A DNA stretch of 34,210 nt, taken from the NCBI GenBank assembly GCA_021162505.1, contig JAGGYO010000139.1:1-34210 (forward strand), written 5' to 3'. Shown in pieces: positions 1 to 7,103 of the stretch; positions within the stretch are counted from its first letter, which is position 1, and each line of letters starts with the position of its first letter. Both the position numbers and the translations under genes were made by a program. The notes beneath the pieces are model-generated. The model was not told the DNA's origin and did no database searches. It saw nothing but the letters and a program-made list of their open reading frames with translations. Source of the DNA: a bacterium. GTDB taxonomy: Bacteria > AUK180.

Positions 1-37
1 ATTCTATATTAAACAACTTATCTTCTCCCATTGCCAT
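1..37 (-). CDS. 5' end (12 codons) of a minus-strand gene that runs off the left edge; product unknown
   Basis: ATG at 37-35 on the minus strand. It is preceded by AAGGAGGA embedded in the last codons of the upstream gene. The frame reads MAMGEDKLFNIE and stays open to position 1. Confidence 0.3.
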   Translation of the reverse strand, partial: MAMGEDKLFNIE

Positions 38-38
38 A

Positions 39-695
39 TCATTCCTCCTTATGAATTAAATAATAATTTTTTGTCAATTTACCAAGCATATTCGCTTTTT
101 TTAAAGATAGATGAAAATCAGACATATCCCGTTCTTTTTCCTTGTATGATGCTTCAATGAAAGCAATATCCTTATTTTCTATATAATTTTTCAATTTTTC
201 AAAATAACCCGTGTCGCCACTATAGAAAATCGAATTTTCTAAGAATTCCATTTCAAAACAGAGTGCATTTAAAGGATAGCTCTTAGATGAGTGTTGGGCT
301 TTATGTGGTAATATATTTCCCCAATTGAACTTGATAATTTTTCCTTCTTTCATTTCAATAAATTTAAAGATTTGTTTTTTGTATCTTTTCTGAAAATATT
401 CTTTGATCAATCTTATCACCAATGAATTTTTCGGATGGTAAATATTAGGAAATATTTTTTTTATTTTAAAATATGCTAATATTGATAAAAGCCCCCCAAT
501 ATGGTCCATGTGATCGTGTGAAATGAATATTTCACTGATATTTTCTATCTTTTTATTTAACAGAAATGTTAGTGTCCCATCCCCGCAGTCCATCATAATA
601 GTATCCTTTTCTCCTGCGAAAATTAGGGAAGTAGTTGCTGATGCGATGGAGGTTGGTATATATACGAATCCATTTTTAATTTCAATTTGTTTCAT
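39..695 (-). CDS. MBL-fold metallo-hydrolase (short RNase Z/ElaC-like form)
   Basis: 218-aa ORF. The HxHxDH motif appears as SHDHMDHIGG. It is followed by His (KAQHS), Asp (YSGDTG) and His (DFHLS) in the usual MBL order. The ORF overlaps the upstream gene by 14 nt. Confidence 0.7.
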   Translation of the reverse strand: MKQIEIKNGFVYIPTSIASATTSLIFAGEKDTIMMDCGDGTLTFLLNKKIENISEIFISHDHMDHIGGLLSILAYFKIKKIFPNIYHPKNSLVIRLIKEYFQKRYKKQIFKFIEMKEGKIIKFNWGNILPHKAQHSSKSYPLNALCFEMEFLENSIFYSGDTGYFEKLKNYIENKDIAFIEASYKEKERDMSDFHLSLKKANMLGKLTKNYYLIHKEE

Positions 696-1668
696 TGGAA
701 TTCAATGTTTTCTTTAACTGATCAATGAGGTCTATATCATAGGGGTTTACACCCTTTAATAAGCCGAGATAAAATGAAACATAATCTCCCAAAAGGATAA
801 GCTGCAGCAGCTCTTGAATGAAATTCTCAGAGTTGAACTCAATTTCAAAATCAATGTAACTTTTGAAGAAATCGCTATCCAACTTTTCAATTTTTGTTTC
901 TTCCCCGCTTCTTAAAGAAACAAGGTGAAAGCCCTGCTTACCATTTATGAACGGCACGATCTCATTATGACAGAGTTCGGGAAAATAATTATAAAAAGCA
1001 AAATGTTTGGAATTCTCATTAAATTGGGTTTTCCATCTATAAGCAACACCCTTTAATATGGAAGGAGCATATATCAAAATGGGTTTGTTCTGCAATTGGG
1101 TTGCCATTTCCCATGGCAACGAGTGTTTTTTTGAAAACTCTTTTTCCCTTTCTCTCAGCAACTCAACTGTTGTGCGGAGATGAACTTCAATATCGGGAAT
1201 ATTGAAAATGCGACCAACAAGAAGGAGTAAATTTGAGAAAAGATAATAAAAACCGAAACGGGGTGGTAATCCTTTTGGTATAATTATAACCTTTTTTGTA
1301 AGTTTGCTGTTTGTAGAAATACCGTAAATGGAGCATTTATTGCACTGTGATATCATTCGTTTTGTTTCTTTCGTCCCACCGGAATAGGATATTGGAATGA
1401 GGAGAGTTTTATCATCACTGTATTTGGGTAAAGTATCTTGAGAAAGAACAATGATTGGTATAGATAGTATTTTTTCCAAAAAGGATTTAGCGATGATCCC
1501 GGAAATGGCAGAGCCACCCATTCCCATTATCACTATTTTATCATATTTGGCGCGAGGTCTAATATTGGGGAAATTCTTTAAAGACCATACAATATGATCA
1601 GCAGAAGTATTCAACAATTCAAACAAGTTATGGGTATCATACTTTTTTAACAATGCTTTCATAATCAT
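682..1668 (-). CDS. SIS-domain sugar-phosphate isomerase, bifunctional phosphoglucose/phosphomannose isomerase-like
   Basis: 328-aa ORF. It has the SIS loop IVIMGMGGSAISG and a second SIS-type segment LLIPISYSGGTKET. Length and layout fit the PGI/PMI family. Confidence 0.6.
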   Translation of the reverse strand: MIMKALLKKYDTHNLFELLNTSADHIVWSLKNFPNIRPRAKYDKIVIMGMGGSAISGIIAKSFLEKILSIPIIVLSQDTLPKYSDDKTLLIPISYSGGTKETKRMISQCNKCSIYGISTNSKLTKKVIIIPKGLPPRFGFYYLFSNLLLLVGRIFNIPDIEVHLRTTVELLREREKEFSKKHSLPWEMATQLQNKPILIYAPSILKGVAYRWKTQFNENSKHFAFYNYFPELCHNEIVPFINGKQGFHLVSLRSGEETKIEKLDSDFFKSYIDFEIEFNSENFIQELLQLILLGDYVSFYLGLLKGVNPYDIDLIDQLKKTLNSNETN

Positions 1669-1711
1669 ATTTTATAAAAATAAATGAAATAAATCAAGAA
1701 AAAAATTAAAC

Positions 1712-1741
1712 TTGACAAAAACTTGGAAAATTAGTTATAAT
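1712..1741 (+). promoter_or_regulatory. sigma70-type promoter: TTGACA (1712-1717), 18-nt spacer, TATAAT (1736-1741)
   Basis: Both hexamers match consensus perfectly. They lie in the divergent gap between the minus-strand isomerase gene and the + strand ORF at 1767. AGGAG at 1756-1760 precedes that ORF's ATG. Confidence 0.55.
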
Positions 1742-1766
1742 ATACAAACCTGTTTAGGAGAATATT

Positions 1767-2168
1767 ATGAGAATAATAGTAGAAAAACCATCACAAGAAA
1801 AATTGGATCAATTAAAAGTTGAAGAATGGCCTATTTGGGAAAAAGAAGTATCGGAATTTGATTGGGACTATTCCGACAAAGAGACCTGTTATATCTTGGA
1901 AGGTGATGTAATAGTCAAAACAAAATCACCACTAAAAAATAGGTTAAAGAGCTTCCGCTGTAATGTAATTGAGGTAAATGGTCATGATTTTGAGGATATT
2001 GTTAATAGTTTTGAAAATGCTTTAAAATTTAAAGAAAAAAAGACAGTCATAATTGCTCACACTATTAAAGGTAAGGGTGTTTCTTTTATGGAAGATAATC
2101 CCGCCTGGCACGGCAAACCACCAAACAAAGCAGAATTTGAAAAATCTATGAGAGAATTAAAAAAATAA
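1767..2168 (+). CDS. Chimeric ORF: N-terminal fragment of a DUF861/cupin_3-type protein fused in frame to the C-terminal ~78 residues of a transketolase N-terminal subunit (probable gene remnant)
   Basis: Residues 1-53 (KVEEWPIWEKEVSEFDWDYSDKETCYILEGDVIV) match the start of small cupin proteins. Residues ~56-133 (NVIEVNGHDFEDIV...TVIIAHTIKGKGVSFMEDNPAWHGKPPNKAEFE) match the tail of split transketolase N-subunits. Neither fragment is a complete domain. Confidence 0.6.
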   Translation: MRIIVEKPSQEKLDQLKVEEWPIWEKEVSEFDWDYSDKETCYILEGDVIVKTKSPLKNRLKSFRCNVIEVNGHDFEDIVNSFENALKFKEKKTVIIAHTIKGKGVSFMEDNPAWHGKPPNKAEFEKSMRELKK

Positions 2169-2179
2169 AGGAGGGAACA

Positions 2180-2479
2180 GTGAAAATAACTGAAGAAGAG
2201 AAGAGAACATTGCAATTGTTCAAATTATTGGGTAATTCAACAAGGTTTATGATAATTAATATTTTAGAAAGTGGTACAAGGAATGTTACAGAATTAATAA
2301 AATTGACAAATAAAAGACAAACTGTTGTTTCAAAACATTTGAGGTTATTAAGAGATCTTGACATAGTTTCTTTTAAAACAATTGAAAATAAAGTATATTA
2401 TAGTTTAAAGAAAAAAGAGGTTATTGAATTAATTAAAAAGGGTTTGGAAATAATGAAAAGAGATATTAAAAAAGAATAA
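2180..2479 (+). CDS. ArsR/SmtB-family winged-helix transcriptional regulator (no cysteines, so no canonical metal-sensing site)
   Basis: 99-aa ORF with a GTG start 4 nt after AAGGAGGG. The pattern LFKLLGNSTRFMIINIL...VTELIKLTNKRQTVVSKHLRLLRDLDIV...VYYSL is typical of ArsR HTH proteins. The protein contains no Cys. Confidence 0.75.
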   Translation: MKITEEEKRTLQLFKLLGNSTRFMIINILESGTRNVTELIKLTNKRQTVVSKHLRLLRDLDIVSFKTIENKVYYSLKKKEVIELIKKGLEIMKRDIKKE

Positions 2480-2492
2480 ATGGTATATGCCA

Positions 2493-2539
2493 ATATTCGC
2501 ATATTCGCATATAGGCATATAGGCATATTCGCATATAGG
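2493..2539. repeat. 8-bp tandem repeat, six units, in two variants: ATATTCGC x2, ATATAGGC x2, ATATTCGC, ATATAGG
   Basis: Read directly from the sequence. It lies in the 83-nt gap between the arsR-like stop codon and the ATG at 2563. Confidence 0.9.
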
Positions 2540-2562
2540 TTTTGAATATTAAAGGATAGAAT

Positions 2563-3165
2563 ATGATAATTAATTTTATTGAGGATTTGAAAAAAATGGA
2601 ACTTCCAAAGAATGTTTTGGAATTTGAAAATTCATTGAATGATTTTAAAAAACAATTTTTCCATGAGTACAAAAACATCTATATCGAATCGCATTTTGCC
2701 GCAGAAGATATGGTACAATTGGAGTTCACAGAAGAAAAACTAAGATTTTCCTTTGCAAATATTTATATTATCCTGGAAAAGATCGATAGTGTTCTCATTA
2801 GGTTCAGAGAACAATTTCCCCCAATGGATCCCGACTTTGTTATTTTTTTTGGTTTTTTTTCTCCTGATGGTTTTTTAATGTCCATAGAAGATAAGTGGTA
2901 TCCAACGATCTGTCTTGACCGTTTCTTTGATTATTTTAAGATAGAATCGGTTGCAGCACATGAACTTGGGCACTATTTTTTTAAAAATTCAGGGATAAAA
3001 TATGACCTGGATAAAGAAGAAATCTTTGCAAATTATTTATCCACAAAAATATTAAAGACCTGCTATAATAATGTAATATTTGATGATGGTAAGGCAATAC
3101 CCATGATATCCAATTCGGATAGGTTTTGGTTAGATGCTGAGATCAGGAAAACAATTAGCACATGA
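2563..3165 (+). CDS. Hypothetical protein with HExxH zinc-metallopeptidase motif
   Basis: 200-aa ORF. The only recognisable signature is VAAHELGHYFF. No signal peptide is evident. Confidence 0.45.
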   Translation: MIINFIEDLKKMELPKNVLEFENSLNDFKKQFFHEYKNIYIESHFAAEDMVQLEFTEEKLRFSFANIYIILEKIDSVLIRFREQFPPMDPDFVIFFGFFSPDGFLMSIEDKWYPTICLDRFFDYFKIESVAAHELGHYFFKNSGIKYDLDKEEIFANYLSTKILKTCYNNVIFDDGKAIPMISNSDRFWLDAEIRKTIST

Positions 3166-3202
3166 GTGCTAAGTATTGCGTAGGATAAATAAAGGAGGAA
3201 AT

Positions 3203-3616
3203 ATGAAGGATCTGGATGTTAAGTTTTTGAATGTAAAAATAAGTACATTCTATTTTACTGATATTTTAGGGAAAGAGGTTTCTGAAACATTGATTGACGA
3301 ATATGATAAGATAATACGAAAGGCAAAAAAGATGCGTGTTCCCAAGGAAGAAAGTGTAGCATATTTTTTAATGGTAGAGAAATTAAAGGCAATGGATTCA
3401 TCCATGAATTACCCTCCCGCTAAATTGCGTATGCAAAAGAATCTGAAGAAATTTGCCAAAAAGATGGAAATATCATACGATCTAATGCCTTATTTTTTCA
3501 TTGCCATTTTTGAAAGATATCCTAATAAAAATGAAGTACTTCTTGACCTTGTTTTACAAGTTGCTATTGAATTTGTCGCACTGATTCTTATATTGAAAAA
3601 GAAAAAGAATTTGTAA
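3203..3616 (+). CDS. Hypothetical protein
   Basis: The ORF is open from 3176. The ATG at 3203 sits 5 nt after AAAGGAGGA, so I prefer it as the start. The C-terminal segment is hydrophobic. I recognise no family. Confidence 0.45.
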   Translation: MKDLDVKFLNVKISTFYFTDILGKEVSETLIDEYDKIIRKAKKMRVPKEESVAYFLMVEKLKAMDSSMNYPPAKLRMQKNLKKFAKKMEISYDLMPYFFIAIFERYPNKNEVLLDLVLQVAIEFVALILILKKKKNL

Positions 3617-3789
3617 AATATGTAAGATAGATATAGGGATCAAGTTTCAACATTTGATTTCGCAAGTTTTGACTGTTTCTGTTTCTTTCGTTTGAAAGAG
3701 GCAAAGAAGCAACCTGGCACTTTTATTACTTTGCGTCTCTGCGGTGAGATCCCTCTGAATGACAAAACCAAAAAAAAAGCAAAATAATT

Positions 3790-3817
3790 TTGAATTTTTA
3801 TAAAAATGTGCTAAAAT
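3790..3817 (+). promoter_or_regulatory. Possible promoter: TTGAAT (3790-3795), 16-nt spacer, extended -10 TGcTAAAAT (3809-3817)
   Basis: It lies at the end of a 229-nt non-coding gap, about 30 nt upstream of the ATG at 3846. AT-rich DNA produces such matches easily. Confidence 0.35.
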
Positions 3818-3845
3818 AACATATAAAGTTTGTAGAGGATGTAAT

Positions 3846-4889
3846 ATGAGTCAAAAGCAGATTACTGTGATCATCATAGAGATAATTTTAATACTCCTTG
3901 GAATTGTTTTCTATTTTATTGGAGACCAGTATTTTAATAAGAAAAACAATATGCAGCACGAAATATTGCAAAAAAATGTTGTTGCCCTAAAAGCAAAATT
4001 GGATGCTTATGAAAAGCTGGATACATCAAATCATTTTACCAAAAAATTTCTTTCACTGCAAAAAGAACAGAACCATCTTGAGGTAACATTTGCAGAAAAT
4101 AATTACAATGAAGCCTTGCAATTATACACTGAACTTATTACAAAGACCGAGAATTTAAAAAGCGAAATCGGAAATTATAATAAAGAACAGGAAATGAATA
4201 TTGAGAGGGGAAAACTTAAAAAACAATTGGCTGCTAAGGACAGGGCTTTAAGAAAAAAGAAAGCCTATGTAAAACCCAAGGTTGCAACCACGCAGCCTAA
4301 GGTGACCAAAACAACTACAACGAAACCTGCTTATACATATGAACCACTTAAAAAGACCAATACCACCACTTCTGAACCAGCTAAGACCACCGAACCCAAA
4401 GTTCAAACAAATACAGTTAGTAATGAGGATAATTCCAATAAGATCGATATAAATAATGCCGGAGCAGAAGAGCTCCAAAAACTTCCTCGAATAGGACCTG
4501 TTAAATCAAAATCAATTATAGATTATAGAAATTCTCATAATGGTTTCCAAAATGTTGATGATCTTGTGAATGTAAGTGGGATCGGACCAAAGACCATGGC
4601 TTCATTAAAACCATTGATATACTGTGGTTCTTATGATGGTGAAAAAAGTGGACAATCTGCGGTAGCAACAAGGACAACAAATAAAGGCAAGATAAATATA
4701 AATACAGCGTCATTCGATAAATTACAAGAACTTCCAAGGGTTGGCCCAAAACTTGCCCAATCAATAATAGATTACAGGAATGAAAATGGAAATTTCAGAA
4801 GTTATGAAGATCTCCTTAATGTGCCGCGAATTGGAGAGAAGACCTTGGAAACCCTTAAACCTTACATAATTTTAGGAGATAATAAATGA
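3846..4889 (+). CDS. Membrane-anchored ComEA-like DNA-binding protein with two helix-hairpin-helix modules
   Basis: 347-aa ORF. It has an N-terminal TM helix (ITVIIIEIILILLGIVFYFIG), a coiled-coil stretch and a T/P/K-rich linker. Two ComEA modules follow: IDINNAGAEELQKLPRIGPVKSKSIIDYRNSHNGFQNVDDLVNVSGIGPKT and ININTASFDKLQELPRVGPKLAQSIIDYRNENGNFRSYEDLLNVPRIGEKT. Confidence 0.8.
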   Translation: MSQKQITVIIIEIILILLGIVFYFIGDQYFNKKNNMQHEILQKNVVALKAKLDAYEKLDTSNHFTKKFLSLQKEQNHLEVTFAENNYNEALQLYTELITKTENLKSEIGNYNKEQEMNIERGKLKKQLAAKDRALRKKKAYVKPKVATTQPKVTKTTTTKPAYTYEPLKKTNTTTSEPAKTTEPKVQTNTVSNEDNSNKIDINNAGAEELQKLPRIGPVKSKSIIDYRNSHNGFQNVDDLVNVSGIGPKTMASLKPLIYCGSYDGEKSGQSAVATRTTNKGKININTASFDKLQELPRVGPKLAQSIIDYRNENGNFRSYEDLLNVPRIGEKTLETLKPYIILGDNK

Positions 4890-6856
4890 AAGTGAGCGAA
4901 CTTTTACAAAATTTCGGTGAGAAAGAACAGAAATACTTCTTGTTTTTAATTAAAGATCTTGACGATGAAAGTAAGGAGAAGTTCTTAAAGGAAATATATG
5001 AACTCAGTGTATTTGAACAAAAATTAGTATTAAATCTTTTACTTCGCCTTTCTCCAATGCAGTTAAAAGCAGTTATTCATAATTCTTTTATTGATGGTCC
5101 GCTAATGATAATCGGGGATGAGGTTTCCTCAAAAAGGGCTATTATCTCCAATAGGATCGCCTACCATTTGATAGTAAGGAATATTAAAGCGGACGAAATA
5201 TTCGGACTTGCTTTTTCAAATTCAAATGCCGGTACCATTATTGACACTATTGGAAATTCACTACCGGATAAATTGATAATCAATATGGATATTAACACCT
5301 ATAATTCACAAGCATTGGAGATATTGAACGATTATGTTTTTGGATCACTTAACATTGAGAAGATAGGTTATAAAGCGTCTCCCAAATTCAGGGTATTGAT
5401 AGCCAGAGAGCAATTGCTATTACTCAAAAGGTCCTTTGAGGAATCAAAGATTCCTTCCAATGAAATAGGTTTTTCATCGCTTGTAAGAGAGATCATTGCA
5501 TTAAAGAGAGATCTTATTTCTCCCGAACAAGCGGAAAAAGATGCTAAGGATGATAAAGCTAAGAAGATAGCAACGATTTATCATATCTATCAGGATAAAT
5601 TATTTAAGAACAATACTTGTGATGTAAATGACCTTATCCGAATGGTTTTAGAGCTTTTTGAAAAATCATCAGAGGTTTTGGACTATTATAAGAACAAATT
5701 TAAAATGATAATTATCGATGATTATCATTATGCGAATCATTCGCAATATAAATTCATTAAAATATTGACCGAAGGGGTTAAAAATATTACCTTTACATCC
5801 GCATATAAGTTAAATGTCTATGGTTGGAATATATCCGGAGAGAATTATTCCAATAAGTTCAAAGAGGATTACGAAAACGGTATTGTTATGGAATATGAAC
5901 GGGAACCCGTAGATGTTGAAGAGATATTAAAAAGAGAGATGTTCTTTGAAACCGGAGAACTGGTGGAAGAATTGGAACCCGCTGAAACTGCTGATTTTAA
6001 TGATTATATTGAAGGTAAAGCTCTAATAAGATTAGAAAAAGAAGATGAGCAAAATGAAACCTCGTTAGTGGTCAATAATATTATTAAGAAAGTACAAGAA
6101 GGTGTACCCTATGAAAAGATGGCAGTTGTTGTAAGGTCCAATAGGCAACTTACTATCTTAAAAAAGGTCTTTACCGGCTCTAATATACCGTTTTTTGTAA
6201 TGGGGGATCAGTTACTATTCAGAGATGAAATAAAGGATGTAATGTCCATGCTTGAATTAGTATATTTCGTTGCAAAAATGAAAACAGAAAAATTGACCGG
6301 AAATGAAAATTTATCTGTTAATAATGTCCTGAAGACCATCTTTCTTGAGATTAAACCATTACAATTAGAATTCAATACTTTTGTCCAGCTTGAAAAGCTC
6401 GCTCTTGAAGAGAGCACGAACATCTATTCCATCATATCCAAGGAAAACGTTGAATCAGATCGGTTTAAAACCCGTTTCCCATTAAAAGATAGAGAGATAA
6501 TTGGATATTTTAGAGAATTGGTGGATACGGTCGTTAGCGAATTAGATGAGTATGATCCCGGTATTTTAATAGAACTTTTGACAAATGAAACACAATATTT
6601 GCATTCACTTGTAGATGAGGGGAAAATGATAGGCAGGTTAAAAGCTGAAAATATAAAATATTTGTTTTTATATGCCAGTGAATTTGTTAAAGAAAATAAG
6701 GCAAAAGGGATTTCCGGTCTGGAAAATTTTGTGAAGAACATTGGTGAAAAGAGAAAAAAACAAAATAAAGAATTAAAGATATATGATAAACATGTTAGGA
6801 TAATCACTCTAAATCGTATAGAGGATATTTCTTATCAGATCTATTATTTAATATAG
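4886..6856 (+). CDS. UvrD/PcrA-family (SF1A) helicase homologue with degenerate ATPase motifs and no motif VI (probable pseudo-helicase)
   Basis: 656-aa intact ORF with an ATGA overlap onto the upstream gene. It is collinear with UvrD: LSPMQLKAV...GPLMIIGDEVSSKR...RIAYHLI (motif I), IFGLAFSNSNAG (Ia), MIIIDDYHYANHSQY (II), ITFTSAYKLNVYGWNIS (III), IPFFVMGDQLLFRDEIKDVMSMLELV, and VRIITLNRIEDIS (V). The protein ends 7 residues after motif V. Confidence 0.7.
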   Translation: MKVSELLQNFGEKEQKYFLFLIKDLDDESKEKFLKEIYELSVFEQKLVLNLLLRLSPMQLKAVIHNSFIDGPLMIIGDEVSSKRAIISNRIAYHLIVRNIKADEIFGLAFSNSNAGTIIDTIGNSLPDKLIINMDINTYNSQALEILNDYVFGSLNIEKIGYKASPKFRVLIAREQLLLLKRSFEESKIPSNEIGFSSLVREIIALKRDLISPEQAEKDAKDDKAKKIATIYHIYQDKLFKNNTCDVNDLIRMVLELFEKSSEVLDYYKNKFKMIIIDDYHYANHSQYKFIKILTEGVKNITFTSAYKLNVYGWNISGENYSNKFKEDYENGIVMEYEREPVDVEEILKREMFFETGELVEELEPAETADFNDYIEGKALIRLEKEDEQNETSLVVNNIIKKVQEGVPYEKMAVVVRSNRQLTILKKVFTGSNIPFFVMGDQLLFRDEIKDVMSMLELVYFVAKMKTEKLTGNENLSVNNVLKTIFLEIKPLQLEFNTFVQLEKLALEESTNIYSIISKENVESDRFKTRFPLKDREIIGYFRELVDTVVSELDEYDPGILIELLTNETQYLHSLVDEGKMIGRLKAENIKYLFLYASEFVKENKAKGISGLENFVKNIGEKRKKQNKELKIYDKHVRIITLNRIEDISYQIYYLI

Positions 6857-6865
6857 GAGGCAAGA

Positions 6866-7096
6866 ATGGGAAAATTTGACAAGTACAAAAAAGCAGGTGA
6901 TCAGACGAATCTTGATAAGTACAAAAAGAAAAGCGGTGAAAGTTTTGAGGAAATTGAAAAAACAATAGAGCAAAAAGACGAGAAACAAGTTGTTCAAGCC
7001 CAACAAAAGGGTTCAACAGGCGGTGCGATATTAATCGTAATATTGGGAGTAGTTACCGTATTGGTCTGGTTTCTCGCTATTTCAAAATTAGGATAA
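6866..7096 (+). CDS. Small tail-anchored membrane protein (charged N-terminal part, single C-terminal TM helix)
   Basis: 76-aa ORF with AGGAGG 5 nt upstream. It carries a duplicated (F/L)DKYKK segment and the C-terminal TM helix GGAILIVILGVVTVLVWFLAI. Confidence 0.55.
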   Translation: MGKFDKYKKAGDQTNLDKYKKKSGESFEEIEKTIEQKDEKQVVQAQQKGSTGGAILIVILGVVTVLVWFLAISKLG

Positions 7097-7103
7097 TTTA
7101 TTG

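Noticed and set aside
523-717. 64-aa + strand ORF overlapping the MBL gene. Similar short ORFs lie at 2146-2364 (-), 28338-28559 (+) and 33687-34053 (-).
   Set aside because: These are shadow ORFs inside or antisense to better-supported genes. They have no motifs and a biased, low-complexity composition.
2466-2678. 70-aa minus-strand ORF containing YMRICLYAYMRICEY.
   Set aside because: It is a translation of the 8-bp tandem repeat, and it overlaps the start of the HExxH gene on the other strand.
2843-2860. T8-GG-T8 homopolymer pair inside the HExxH gene (encoding FFGFF).
   Set aside because: It is in frame and consistent with a hydrophobic segment. There is no alternative-frame ORF that a slip would access. 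It is noted only as a possible sequencing-error hot spot.
6424-6807. 127-aa minus-strand ORF inside the UvrD-like gene. Similar antisense ORFs lie at 4248-4478, 4516-4764, 6208-6423, 13151-13462, 15603-15911 and 17392-17730.
   Set aside because: All lie fully inside well-supported + strand genes. Their compositions are low-complexity and rich in Phe, Ile, Leu and Ser, as expected for antisense frames of A-rich coding DNA. They have no recognisable motifs or ribosome-binding sites.
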